Assembly: GCA_036557665.1 (NCBI GenBank)
Contig: DATBHG010000009.1
Span: forward strand, 106,011-170,010
DNA: 64,000 bases
Origin: Xanthobacteraceae bacterium
Lineage (GTDB): Bacteria > Pseudomonadota > Alphaproteobacteria > Rhizobiales > Xanthobacteraceae
Direction: 5' to 3'
Of the stretch, positions 40,745 through 48,704 are shown in pieces. The translations under genes and the position numbers were made by a program. Below the pieces are notes generated by a model that did no database searches, was not told the origin of the DNA, and saw only the letters and a program-made list of their open reading frames with translations. Position 1 is the stretch's first letter. Every line of letters begins with the position of its first letter.

Positions 40745-40963
40745 ATGGCAACCGATAGCGACCGCGACCCGCGGCATCACACGCAGAAAATGCAAAAGGC
40801 TTTGCGAGACATTCGCACCCACCTGCGCGAGGACATCGAGAAGGTCGATGAGCCCCAACTCAAGGCGATGTTCGAGACTGCCGCAGAGGTGCTGGGTGGG
40901 CTGGCCAAGGCCTTCCACGATTACGAGAAGAAGAATGAAAGCGCCTGGACTGGGCGAGGGTGA
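40745..40963 (+). CDS. small conserved hypothetical protein (72 aa)
   Basis: ORF 40688..40963 trimmed to ATG 40745 (MATDSDRDPRHHTQKMQKALRDIRTHLREDIEKVDEPQLKAMFETAAEVLGGLAKAFHDYEKKNESAWTGRG). The composition is helical and protein-like. I cannot name the family. Confidence 0.45.
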   Translation: MATDSDRDPRHHTQKMQKALRDIRTHLREDIEKVDEPQLKAMFETAAEVLGGLAKAFHDYEKKNESAWTGRG

Positions 40964-41225
40964 TCGAGAAACCCGATCGAACGGCAGCGCAGTCGATTCG
41001 GAGCTGATGCAGAGCTGAGTGGCGTCGTGCTGGGCAGCGCCCGTCGCGCTCGTCACAGGTACCCAAGCCTTGATCGCGCGCCAAAATCAGAGACGTGGAT
41101 CGGCGATGTTTGGAGCCTGGCTGGAATCACGGATCGGCGGTCGCAAAAACTCCCGGCCGCAAAAAATCTCCTTTACATTGAAACGGAAATCGTGTAAGAA
41201 AGTGCAAGCTGGAAGTTGTGTCTAG

Positions 41226-41256
41226 AGCCCGGGCGGGTAATCCGCGCCGGGCTTTT
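41226..41256 (+). terminator. intrinsic-terminator-like hairpin
   Basis: AGCCCGG GCGG-guaau-CCGC(g)CCGGGCT forms an ~11-bp GC-rich stem with one bulge, followed by TTTT (41253-41256). Confidence 0.4.
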
Positions 41257-41282
41257 GCATGCCGCCTGCATCCCTCTGCGCA

Positions 41283-41327
41283 TTCCCTGTTTCAGTCCCT
41301 GTTCCGTCCCTGTTCCGTCCCTGTTCC
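41283..41327 (+). repeat. tandem 11-nt direct repeat: 3 perfect copies of GTCCCTGTTCC plus one degenerate copy
   Basis: Perfect copies lie at 41295-41305, 41306-41316 and 41317-41327. A degenerate copy TTCCCTGTTTCA lies at 41283-41294. Confidence 0.9.
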
Positions 41328-41766
41328 AGGCCGGTCTTTTTCGGCAGAAGTGCCGATTTCACGGGCCTTTCCGAAGGTTTTCCAATATCGCCCCGCCCCC
41401 TTTACAGCGATTTACAGGGCCGGTCGCATTGGACTGCACCTGGGCTGCACCCCTTGGGTGAGACATGAAAACGAGGAACCTGTTGCGTGTGCGGCTGCTG
41501 GCGCGGTCGCGTTCTTTCGGAAAACCCACTCCGCTTCGCCAGGTAGGGGCTTGGGCTGACTGCGCCGGCCGACACCGCCGATCGCGGGCGACCAGGCCCG
41601 GTCCGCGCCCTGCGCGAGGCTGCCCTCGACGGGCGAGGCGGACCACGGCCGCAACCGCGTGCCGGGCATGCTGCCGATGAGGCCGGCCACGTGACGACAT
41701 TCTCTTCCCGCCGGTGCGGATCCGGCCAGTGCAGCTTGCCGGCTCTGGACATCAGACCAGCCTTGC

Positions 41767-41781
41767 TGACATAAAATGTCA
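41767..41781. promoter_or_regulatory. AT-rich perfect palindrome TGACAT-AAA-ATGTCA upstream of the Liv-type ABC operon (candidate operator)
   Basis: The perfect 6+3+6 inverted repeat lies 66 nt upstream of ATG 41847, in a locally AT-rich patch of a high-GC genome. Confidence 0.35.
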
Positions 41782-41846
41782 CAGAGCAAATCGCCGAAAT
41801 GCATTGTACTGATAGAGCGATACGGTTCCTCACAGGGAGGGCTTCG

Positions 41847-43136
41847 ATGGTGCTTCGGTTTACCGGTCTTTCACGCGCAGCGCTCTGGACGATGCTGTCG
41901 CTGGCGTTGGCCGCGCTGCCGCCGAAATCGGCGATTTCCGCGGATGCGATAACAATTGGAGTGCTGGAGCCGTTCACCGGACCATGGGCCAAAAACGGCA
42001 ACGAATCCTACGTGGCGATGGAAATCGCGCGCGACATGATCAACGAAAAGGGCGGCGTCAACGGCAAGCAGATCGCCTACATCCGCGGTGATGCGCCTGA
42101 TCCGAGCGCCGGCAAGACGGAGGCCGAGCGCATCATTACTCAGAACGACGTCAAGCTCATCACCGGAACCTATGCCTCGCCGCTCGGAATCTCGATCAGC
42201 GCCGAAGCCGAGCGGCACGGCGTCATCCACTGGGAGACCATCGCTTCCGCCGACATCATCACCAAACGTGGATACAAGCATGTTTTTCAGGTTGGTCCCG
42301 CGGCAAGCCGGTATGGCAAGGCCGCGATCGATTTCACCGGGGACGAGCTTGCCCAGCGCCTTGGTAAGAAGCTCGAGGAGCTGCGTATCGCTCTGCTTTG
42401 GGAGAACCGCGCGTTCGGCACAGCTGTTGCGACAGGCGTGCGTGCCCGCGCCAAAGACCTCGGGATCAAGCTCATCTTCGACGACGGCTATGATCAGTTC
42501 ATGACCGACATGACGCCGCTCGTACAAAAGCTCAAAGACGCCAAGCCGGACGTCCTGATCGTCATCTCCTTCATCAACGATACGGTCCTGCTGCACCGAA
42601 AGGCGAAGGAGCTGAACTTTTATGTGCCGGCCATCATCGGCGTGAGCGCCGGACACTCGGTACCGGACCTCAAGGACTCGCTCGGTACCGCCGTAAACGG
42701 CATCTTCGTGAGCGACCTGCCGGTGCTGGTCAATCCCAAGGCCTTGCGGCCGGAGGTCGAGGCAGCATCGACGGAATTCAACAAACGCTACGAGAAGATC
42801 CAGCACCGTGTCCCCGCCGGGCATGCCGTCGCGTCGTTCGCGGCCCTGTGGGCATTGTTCACCGACGTCCTGCCCAAGGCCAAGTCGATCGAGCCCGAGG
42901 ATATTCGCGCGGCGGCGCTCTCGATGGATTTGCCGGAAGGCAGCCTGATCAACGGCAGCGGCTTGAAATTTTCCAACTTCGATCTGCCGAACGATCCCAA
43001 GGACGCCGGACAAAATATTCGTTCCGCGATCGGCGTCTGGCAATGGCAGAATGAGGCCGCCAGGCAGGTCTATCCCAAGAACCTCGCCACCAACGCCGTC
43101 AGCATGGTGCCACTGCCGGATTGGTCGCATCGCTGA
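41847..43136 (+). CDS. ABC transporter substrate-binding protein (branched-chain amino acid / LivK-type, Peripla_BP_6-like)
   Basis: ORF 41799..43136 trimmed to ATG 41847 (AGGGAGG 6 nt upstream). It has a signal peptide MVLRFTGLSRAALWTMLSLALAALPPKSAISA, then ITIGVLEPFTGPW. Liv-type permeases and ATPases follow. Confidence 0.85.
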   Translation: MVLRFTGLSRAALWTMLSLALAALPPKSAISADAITIGVLEPFTGPWAKNGNESYVAMEIARDMINEKGGVNGKQIAYIRGDAPDPSAGKTEAERIITQNDVKLITGTYASPLGISISAEAERHGVIHWETIASADIITKRGYKHVFQVGPAASRYGKAAIDFTGDELAQRLGKKLEELRIALLWENRAFGTAVATGVRARAKDLGIKLIFDDGYDQFMTDMTPLVQKLKDAKPDVLIVISFINDTVLLHRKAKELNFYVPAIIGVSAGHSVPDLKDSLGTAVNGIFVSDLPVLVNPKALRPEVEAASTEFNKRYEKIQHRVPAGHAVASFAALWALFTDVLPKAKSIEPEDIRAAALSMDLPEGSLINGSGLKFSNFDLPNDPKDAGQNIRSAIGVWQWQNEAARQVYPKNLATNAVSMVPLPDWSHR

Positions 43137-43152
43137 GCGGCGCGCGCCGTGA

Positions 43153-44040
43153 ATGGGCACGATCGCGCAGCTCGTCATCTCGGGCGTGATGCTGGGCGGC
43201 ATCTATGCCGTCATGGCGATCGGACTGACGCTGATCTTCGGGGTGCTCAAGGTCGTCAACTTCGCTCATGGCGAGTTCCTGATGCTCGCGATGTATGTCG
43301 GTTGGGCGATCGTGACCTTGACGGGCGTTAATGCGTACACCGCGATGGTTGTCGTTGCTCCGGTGCTGTTCGGTTTTGGCGCCGCAATCTACCTTCTGAT
43401 CATCAGGCCCGCAGTCGACAAGCCGCATCTGATCGTGGTTTTCGCGACCATGGGCCTCTCCACCCTGATGCAGAATTTTGCGCTGCTGACGATGACCGCG
43501 GATCTGCGCGATGTACCGCCGCTGTTCGGCGGCACGTCGCTGCACATGGGACCGCTTTATCTGCGGGCTGAGCTCGTTCTCGGCTTCTGCATGAGCGCTG
43601 CGATCACACTCGCGTTGATGATGTTCATCAAGCGCAGCTATGTCGGAAAAGCGATCCGCGCCACGGTTCAGGATCGTGACGCGGCCATGCTCATGGGCAT
43701 CAACGTTCCCCGTATCTTCTTGCTCACCTTTGCTGCGGGCTCCGCACTCGTCGGGATTGCCGGCTGCATCATGCTGCCGCTCTACTCGACCTTTCCCACC
43801 GTTGGTCTGAACTTCGTGCTTATCGCATACGTGGTCGTCGTGCTCGGCGGGATGGGAAGCATGGAAGGCGCGTTTCTGGGCGGTATCTGCATAGGTATCG
43901 TCCAATCTTTGAGCGGCTATTATGTCGCGCCCGCATACGGCCAGCTGTTCTATTTTGTGGTGTTTCTGCTTGTACTGATTTTCAGGCCGAACGGGTTCTT
44001 GGGCCAGCGTGGCGCCGCAATGGTAGGAATAAACGAGTGA
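43153..44040 (+). CDS. branched-chain amino acid ABC transporter permease (LivH-type)
   Basis: MGTIAQLVISGVMLGGIYAVMAIGLTLIFGVLKVVNFAHGEF is the canonical LivH N-terminus. Confidence 0.85.
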   Translation: MGTIAQLVISGVMLGGIYAVMAIGLTLIFGVLKVVNFAHGEFLMLAMYVGWAIVTLTGVNAYTAMVVVAPVLFGFGAAIYLLIIRPAVDKPHLIVVFATMGLSTLMQNFALLTMTADLRDVPPLFGGTSLHMGPLYLRAELVLGFCMSAAITLALMMFIKRSYVGKAIRATVQDRDAAMLMGINVPRIFLLTFAAGSALVGIAGCIMLPLYSTFPTVGLNFVLIAYVVVVLGGMGSMEGAFLGGICIGIVQSLSGYYVAPAYGQLFYFVVFLLVLIFRPNGFLGQRGAAMVGINE

Positions 44041-45071
44041 CGGTCGCGCTGGCGCCCGCCGCCCCGGTCAACAGCGGTATCAGGATCTCGACAGGGCCGC
44101 GCCGAGGCTTTCTGTCTATCGTAGAGATCGCGGTTCTCGCCTCTTGCATTCTCGCCGCGGCGACGGTGAGCAATCGTTATGCCGTGGACATCATGATCAG
44201 GACGTATCTCTGGGCAGGGCTGGCACTCGCCTGGAATCTGGCCGGCGGCTATGCCGGGTTGATATCATTCGGACACGCGGCATTCTTCGGTATCGGAGCT
44301 TATACGTCCACGATTCTGCTCGTAAGCTACGGCGTTACGCCATGGATCGGGATGCTTGCCGGCGGGATTCTGGCAGCGTGCGCCGCGGCATGCCTCACCA
44401 CCGTGTGCGCGCGATTGCGAGGCCCGTTTTTCATCCTGTCGACGCTGGCGGCAGGCGAGGTCACGCGCATTGCCGCTCTCAACATGCGGTCCGTGACCGG
44501 CGGCTCGGAGGGCCTCGAGATTCCGCCGATCCCGAGCCCGATCGACATGGTGTTCAAAACCCAGTGGCCGAATCTCATGATCGTGCTCGCTTACATGATC
44601 CTCATTTTCGCCCTGTCGGTGTGGATCGAGCAGTCCCGGTATGGCTACTATCTCTTTGCCACGCGCGACGACGAGGACGGCGCATCGGCAATCGGCATAA
44701 ATCCGCGCAAGATGCGGGTTTCGGCGATGTCATTGTCGGCGGCCCTGACCGCCGTCGGCGGAACGCTTTTCGCGCAATATTTTCTTTATCTGGATCCCAC
44801 ACACATCATCTCGCCCGACATCTCGTTTCAGTTTGCGCTGATCTGTGCAGTAGGCGGCCTCGGCACCGCCAGCGGGCCTGTCCTCGGGGCGTTGCTCATT
44901 CTGCCGATTTCCGAGCTGCTGCGCGGTTGGCTCTCGCAGTCGGCTTCCGGACTTTATCTGGTTGTTTATGGAGCCGTCGTAATCGCCGTCATCCTGTATT
45001 TTCCCTCCGGCATATCCGGGGCAATTGCCCGCGGCTTCGGAGCACTGTCGCGCAGATCCGGCAGATGCTGA
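44037..45071 (+). CDS. branched-chain amino acid ABC transporter permease (LivM-type)
   Basis: The GTG start overlaps the upstream stop as GTGA. WNLAGGYAGLISFGHAAFFGIGAYT is a LivM block. Confidence 0.85.
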   Translation: MTVALAPAAPVNSGIRISTGPRRGFLSIVEIAVLASCILAAATVSNRYAVDIMIRTYLWAGLALAWNLAGGYAGLISFGHAAFFGIGAYTSTILLVSYGVTPWIGMLAGGILAACAAACLTTVCARLRGPFFILSTLAAGEVTRIAALNMRSVTGGSEGLEIPPIPSPIDMVFKTQWPNLMIVLAYMILIFALSVWIEQSRYGYYLFATRDDEDGASAIGINPRKMRVSAMSLSAALTAVGGTLFAQYFLYLDPTHIISPDISFQFALICAVGGLGTASGPVLGALLILPISELLRGWLSQSASGLYLVVYGAVVIAVILYFPSGISGAIARGFGALSRRSGRC

Positions 45072-45793
45072 GTCTCGAGGGTGTCGGCAGGCGTTTCGGG
45101 GCGCTGTGGGCCGTCAGCGACGTTACGTTCAACGTGAGCCGCGGCGAGATCGTCGGGATTATCGGTCCGAACGGCGCCGGCAAGAGCACGCTTTTCAACG
45201 TGATCGCCGGGGCAGTGAGCCCTTCATGCGGCGAAATCCGCTTTCTTGATCGCAGCATAACCAATGCCAAAGCCTACCAGGTCGCACGTCTGGGGCTGGC
45301 AAGAACCTTTCAGATCCCGAAGCCTTTCAAACAGCTCACGGTCGGGGAGAATGTAATGCTGAGTGCATTACGCCGGCATCGCAACCCAGGGAACGCAGGC
45401 CGGGTCGCTGCGGAGGCAATGCGGTTCGTCGACATCGAGCATCTGGCGGCAAGCTCCATCGCCAGCCTGACGGTCGGTCTTCTCAAAAAGCTGGAATTGG
45501 CACGAGCGCTGGCGACCGAGCCTTCGTTGCTCCTCCTCGACGAGGTCATGGCAGGGCTCACTCCGCGGGAAATCACCGAGCTGATGGCAGCGGTTCGATC
45601 ATTGCCGGAGCGCGGCGTCACCGTCATCTGGGTCGAGCACGTGATGATGGCCCTGATGAAGGTGGCTCGGCGTGTCATCGTCATGCAGCAGGGGAGGATC
45701 ATTGCGCAGGGTCCGCCGGCAGAGATCGCCACGGATCCGGCCGTGATCGGCGCCTATCTGGGCGATTCCTATGTCCATCCTGCGCACCCGTAG
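45065..45793 (+). CDS. ABC transporter ATP-binding protein (LivG-type)
   Basis: ORF 44144..45793 trimmed to ATG 45065. MLSLEGVGRRFGALWAVSDVTFNVSRGEIVGIIGPNGAGKSTLFN; the signature region is LKKLELARALATEP; Walker B is LLLDEVMAGL. Confidence 0.85.
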   Translation: MLSLEGVGRRFGALWAVSDVTFNVSRGEIVGIIGPNGAGKSTLFNVIAGAVSPSCGEIRFLDRSITNAKAYQVARLGLARTFQIPKPFKQLTVGENVMLSALRRHRNPGNAGRVAAEAMRFVDIEHLAASSIASLTVGLLKKLELARALATEPSLLLLDEVMAGLTPREITELMAAVRSLPERGVTVIWVEHVMMALMKVARRVIVMQQGRIIAQGPPAEIATDPAVIGAYLGDSYVHPAHP

Positions 45794-46481
45794 TCTTGCA
45801 GCCTTTTACGACCGCACCCAGGTGCTGCACGACCTGAACCTCCGGGTAGAGGAGGGCGAGATCGTCGGCCTGGTGGGAGCGAACGGCGCGGGCAAGAGCA
45901 GCACCTTGTTCAGCATAATGGGGCTCAAGACCCGAACGGAAGGCGAGCTCTGGCTGGACGGCGAGCGCATCGATCATCTGCCTGCATACGAGCGCGTGCG
46001 GCGGGCCCTGGTGCTGATTCCCGAGCGCCGGCACCTCTTCCCATTGATGAGCGTGCTGGAGAATCTCGAGCTCGGGGCCTATCTGCCGGGCCCCCGCAAG
46101 CGGCGCAACGCCACGCTTGAGAAGGTATTCGAGCTGCTTCCGGTGCTCGCCGAGCGACGTCACCAGGTCGCCGGCTCGCTGAGCGGCGGCGAGCAGCAGA
46201 TGTGCGCGATCGGACGGGCATTGATGGCGTGCCCGCGCCTCCTCATGCTCGACGAGCCGACGGAAGGACTTGCGCCGCTCTACGTCGAACGGCTGTTTGA
46301 GCTGATGCAGCAGCTGCGCAGCAGGGGCATCACCATTATCGTCGTGGAGCAGAATGTTCACGACGTGTTGAGCATTGCCGACCGCGGCTACGTTCTGGAA
46401 AATGGCCATGTCGTGCTCGAGGACACCGGCCGGCGGCTGTTGCAGGATACGAGATTGAAGACAGCCTATCTGGGACTTTGA
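45771..46481 (+). CDS. ABC transporter ATP-binding protein (LivF-type)
   Basis: GANGAGKSSTL, LSGGEQQMCAIGRALM and LLMLDEPTEGLAP. It overlaps the upstream gene by 23 nt. Confidence 0.85.
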   Translation: MSILRTRSLAAFYDRTQVLHDLNLRVEEGEIVGLVGANGAGKSSTLFSIMGLKTRTEGELWLDGERIDHLPAYERVRRALVLIPERRHLFPLMSVLENLELGAYLPGPRKRRNATLEKVFELLPVLAERRHQVAGSLSGGEQQMCAIGRALMACPRLLMLDEPTEGLAPLYVERLFELMQQLRSRGITIIVVEQNVHDVLSIADRGYVLENGHVVLEDTGRRLLQDTRLKTAYLGL

Positions 46482-46492
46482 GGATCTGCCCG

Positions 46493-47503
46493 ATGATCAC
46501 CGACGTCCACGTTCACCACGTGCCGGCGGGTTTTCTCCGGTTCGTCCAGGATGCTGCTTGCTACTCGATACGCCTCGATCCCCCCTGCGGAGAAACCGTG
46601 CGCCTGCAGGTCGGGACGCTGAGCTACCATCTTACGCGCACGTTCTTCGACCTCGATCGCCTGATTGCACGCATGGACGAGATGAGAGTGGAGCGGGCAC
46701 TGCTGTCGATCGCGACTCCATTCGTGAATTTTGACGTGCCCGCAGGCATGGGCGAGGAAGCGGCGCAGATCTATAATAACGAGATCGCCGCGGTACGAAG
46801 CGCGGCTCCGGATCGGTTGCAGGGGTGGGCCTACCTGCCGATGCAGGATCCCGATGCCGCCGCTCACGAGCTGAGCCGCTCCGTAAGATCATTGCGGCTG
46901 ATCGGCGGCTATGTGCCGTCGAATGTCAACGGGCGCTACCTCCATTCTGAGGAATTCGCACCGGTCTTTCGCGTGGCCGCAGAGCTGGATGTCCCTCTTC
47001 TCGTGCATCCTTCCAATCCGCCGGCGCGCGAGCGCATGGTCGACTACGAGCTCGCGGTTGTGGCCGGGTACCTGCTCGATACCACGCTGAACATCTTTCA
47101 CATGATTTGCGGCGGGCTGCTCGACCGCTATCCGGCCTTGCACCTCTGTTTTACCCACCTGGGCGGGTATGCACCGCTGCTGTTGGCCCGCATGCAACGC
47201 GAGCTTGACACCAACGCCGAGCTTGCCGGCCGCCTCAAACGGCCGCTGCGGGATTATCTGCGAAGCCTCTATTACGACACCATCTGCTTTGAACCTTGCT
47301 ACCTGCGCGCAGCTGTAGATTCCGGCGCTGTCGATCCGACCCACCTGCTGCTCGGCAGCGACACCCCGTTTCCGCTCGGCGAGCCTGATCCCGTTGATTT
47401 CATCGAGCGCAGCTACGGTGCCCTTGCGCCGGACCTTGCCGGGGCTATCCTCCACGACAATGCAGCTCGCTTCCTGAATGCGAGGCGCGGAGCAGACAGA
47501 TGA
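46493..47503 (+). CDS. amidohydrolase-2 family protein (ACMSD-like metal-dependent hydrolase/decarboxylase)
   Basis: ORF 46478..47503 trimmed to ATG 46493. MITDVHVHHVP has the HxH metal site, followed by VHPSNPP, FTHLGG and GSDTPFP blocks. Confidence 0.7.
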   Translation: MITDVHVHHVPAGFLRFVQDAACYSIRLDPPCGETVRLQVGTLSYHLTRTFFDLDRLIARMDEMRVERALLSIATPFVNFDVPAGMGEEAAQIYNNEIAAVRSAAPDRLQGWAYLPMQDPDAAAHELSRSVRSLRLIGGYVPSNVNGRYLHSEEFAPVFRVAAELDVPLLVHPSNPPARERMVDYELAVVAGYLLDTTLNIFHMICGGLLDRYPALHLCFTHLGGYAPLLLARMQRELDTNAELAGRLKRPLRDYLRSLYYDTICFEPCYLRAAVDSGAVDPTHLLLGSDTPFPLGEPDPVDFIERSYGALAPDLAGAILHDNAARFLNARRGADR

Positions 47504-48039
47504 ATCTGCGGAAACTGGCAATTACGAAGGAGATCATCTTCAGCGATGCGGGCAGAGTGACCACACGGCCGATCACCCGCGCCGTAGCCCTTGCTGTCCT
47601 GGAAAATCCGTTCGCCGGCGCTTTTGTGGACGATCTTTCGCCACTGTTTACGCAGGGTGCCGAGCTCGGAGAGCTGGTGATGAAAGACTTGACCCGCCTT
47701 CTGCCCGAAGCGGCATGCTGCTACGGCAAGGCAGCCATCGTCGGATTAGGCGGCGAGGTCGAGCACGGCGCGGCCGTCATTCATCCGAAACTGGGTCAAC
47801 CGATTCGAGCCGCACTCGGCGGTGGCGAGGCGATCATCTGCTCAAACGTGAAGATCGGCGGACCGGGTACATCGATCGATATCCCGTTGGCCCACAAGGA
47901 CAATGTCTGGTCCTTCGATCACCTCGATACGGCTACCGTCGCGATGGCCGATGCACCACGAGCGGAAGAGATCCTCGTTGCGATCGCGATCTCGGATGGT
48001 GGCCGGCCACATCCGCGGGTGGGAAAGGGACGCATCTGA
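47500..48039 (+). CDS. 'amino acid synthesis' family protein (AA_synth, function unknown)
   Basis: The ATG overlaps the upstream stop as ATGA. ITRAVALAVLENPFAGAFVDDLSPL..YGKAAIVGLGGEVEHGAAVIHPKLGQPIR..IDIPLAHKD matches my memory of this family. Confidence 0.65.
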   Translation: MNLRKLAITKEIIFSDAGRVTTRPITRAVALAVLENPFAGAFVDDLSPLFTQGAELGELVMKDLTRLLPEAACCYGKAAIVGLGGEVEHGAAVIHPKLGQPIRAALGGGEAIICSNVKIGGPGTSIDIPLAHKDNVWSFDHLDTATVAMADAPRAEEILVAIAISDGGRPHPRVGKGRI

Positions 48040-48078
48040 CCAACGGTCAGCTCTCAGCTTCAGTGGATCCGCACCCGG

Positions 48079-48585
48079 CTAGATGAAGCTCTTGCCGTGA
48101 CCGACCAGCGGAGCGTCGTCCAGAGTGAACCTGGCCGGTTTCATCTCGCCCGAGGGCGGCGGAATGTCGATTGATGCACCGATCTGTTTGAGCAGCGAGG
48201 CGTTGTCAAAAAAGATGGTCTCACCCCACAACTCGTCACCCTTGAAATGCCACGCCACTATCGCCCGCATCCGAACCGGCTTTCCCGTGGCGGGCCATCC
48301 CAGGAAGGTACCGAGATGGGTACCGCGCCATTCGTTCTCGGTGACGACACAGGATTCATCGGAGCACAGGATTCGCCGGACCCGGACGGTGAAATCGGGG
48401 AACCCTTCCCAATGTTTCCGATAACGCTCGGCTGTCTGCTCCGGCCCTATGAACGGCTTCGCAACCCCAACCACGTCGTTGAAGCAGTCGGCTGTCATGC
48501 CGGCGATCAACGCCTCCATGTCGTGCTCGCTCTCAGCGCGAATGTGCTCGCGCAGCACCGCCATACGCTTTTCCGAAACTTTCAT
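48079..48585 (-). CDS. SnoaL-like ester cyclase / NTF2-fold protein
   Basis: HWEGFPDFTVRVRRIL..VVTENEWRGTHLGTFLGWPATGKPVRMRAIVAWHFKGDELWGETIFFDNASLLKQIG is the ester-cyclase pattern. Confidence 0.65.
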   Translation of the reverse strand: MKVSEKRMAVLREHIRAESEHDMEALIAGMTADCFNDVVGVAKPFIGPEQTAERYRKHWEGFPDFTVRVRRILCSDESCVVTENEWRGTHLGTFLGWPATGKPVRMRAIVAWHFKGDELWGETIFFDNASLLKQIGASIDIPPPSGEMKPARFTLDDAPLVGHGKSFI

Positions 48586-48704
48586 AGCCGACCTCCTGAC
48601 CGTCGCGAGCTCGCGTCATCTCGAGTGTGGCTTAGGCCGATTGTAGAGGGTCGAGCAAGCCGGGATCGAACAGGGTCGAGCGCGGTGAAGGAGACGGCGC
48701 TGGA

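Noticed and set aside
41283-41327. The 11-nt repeat array read as a CRISPR array, or on the minus strand (GGAACAGGGAC x3) as a CsrA/RsmA-titrating GGA-motif sponge RNA
   Set aside because: There are no spacers and the units are far too short for CRISPR. For the sponge idea, the only terminator-like hairpins are oriented for the + strand, and CsrA is not a typical regulator in this bacterial group. I keep it only as a remote alternative.
41359-41804. Several 70-130-aa ORFs on both strands inside the long gap (41359..41700, 41412..41804, 41465..41680, 41218..41559)
   Set aside because: They are mutually overlapping, Arg/Pro/Ala/Gly-rich, and have no RBS and no recognisable motif. I treat the region as non-coding or decayed.
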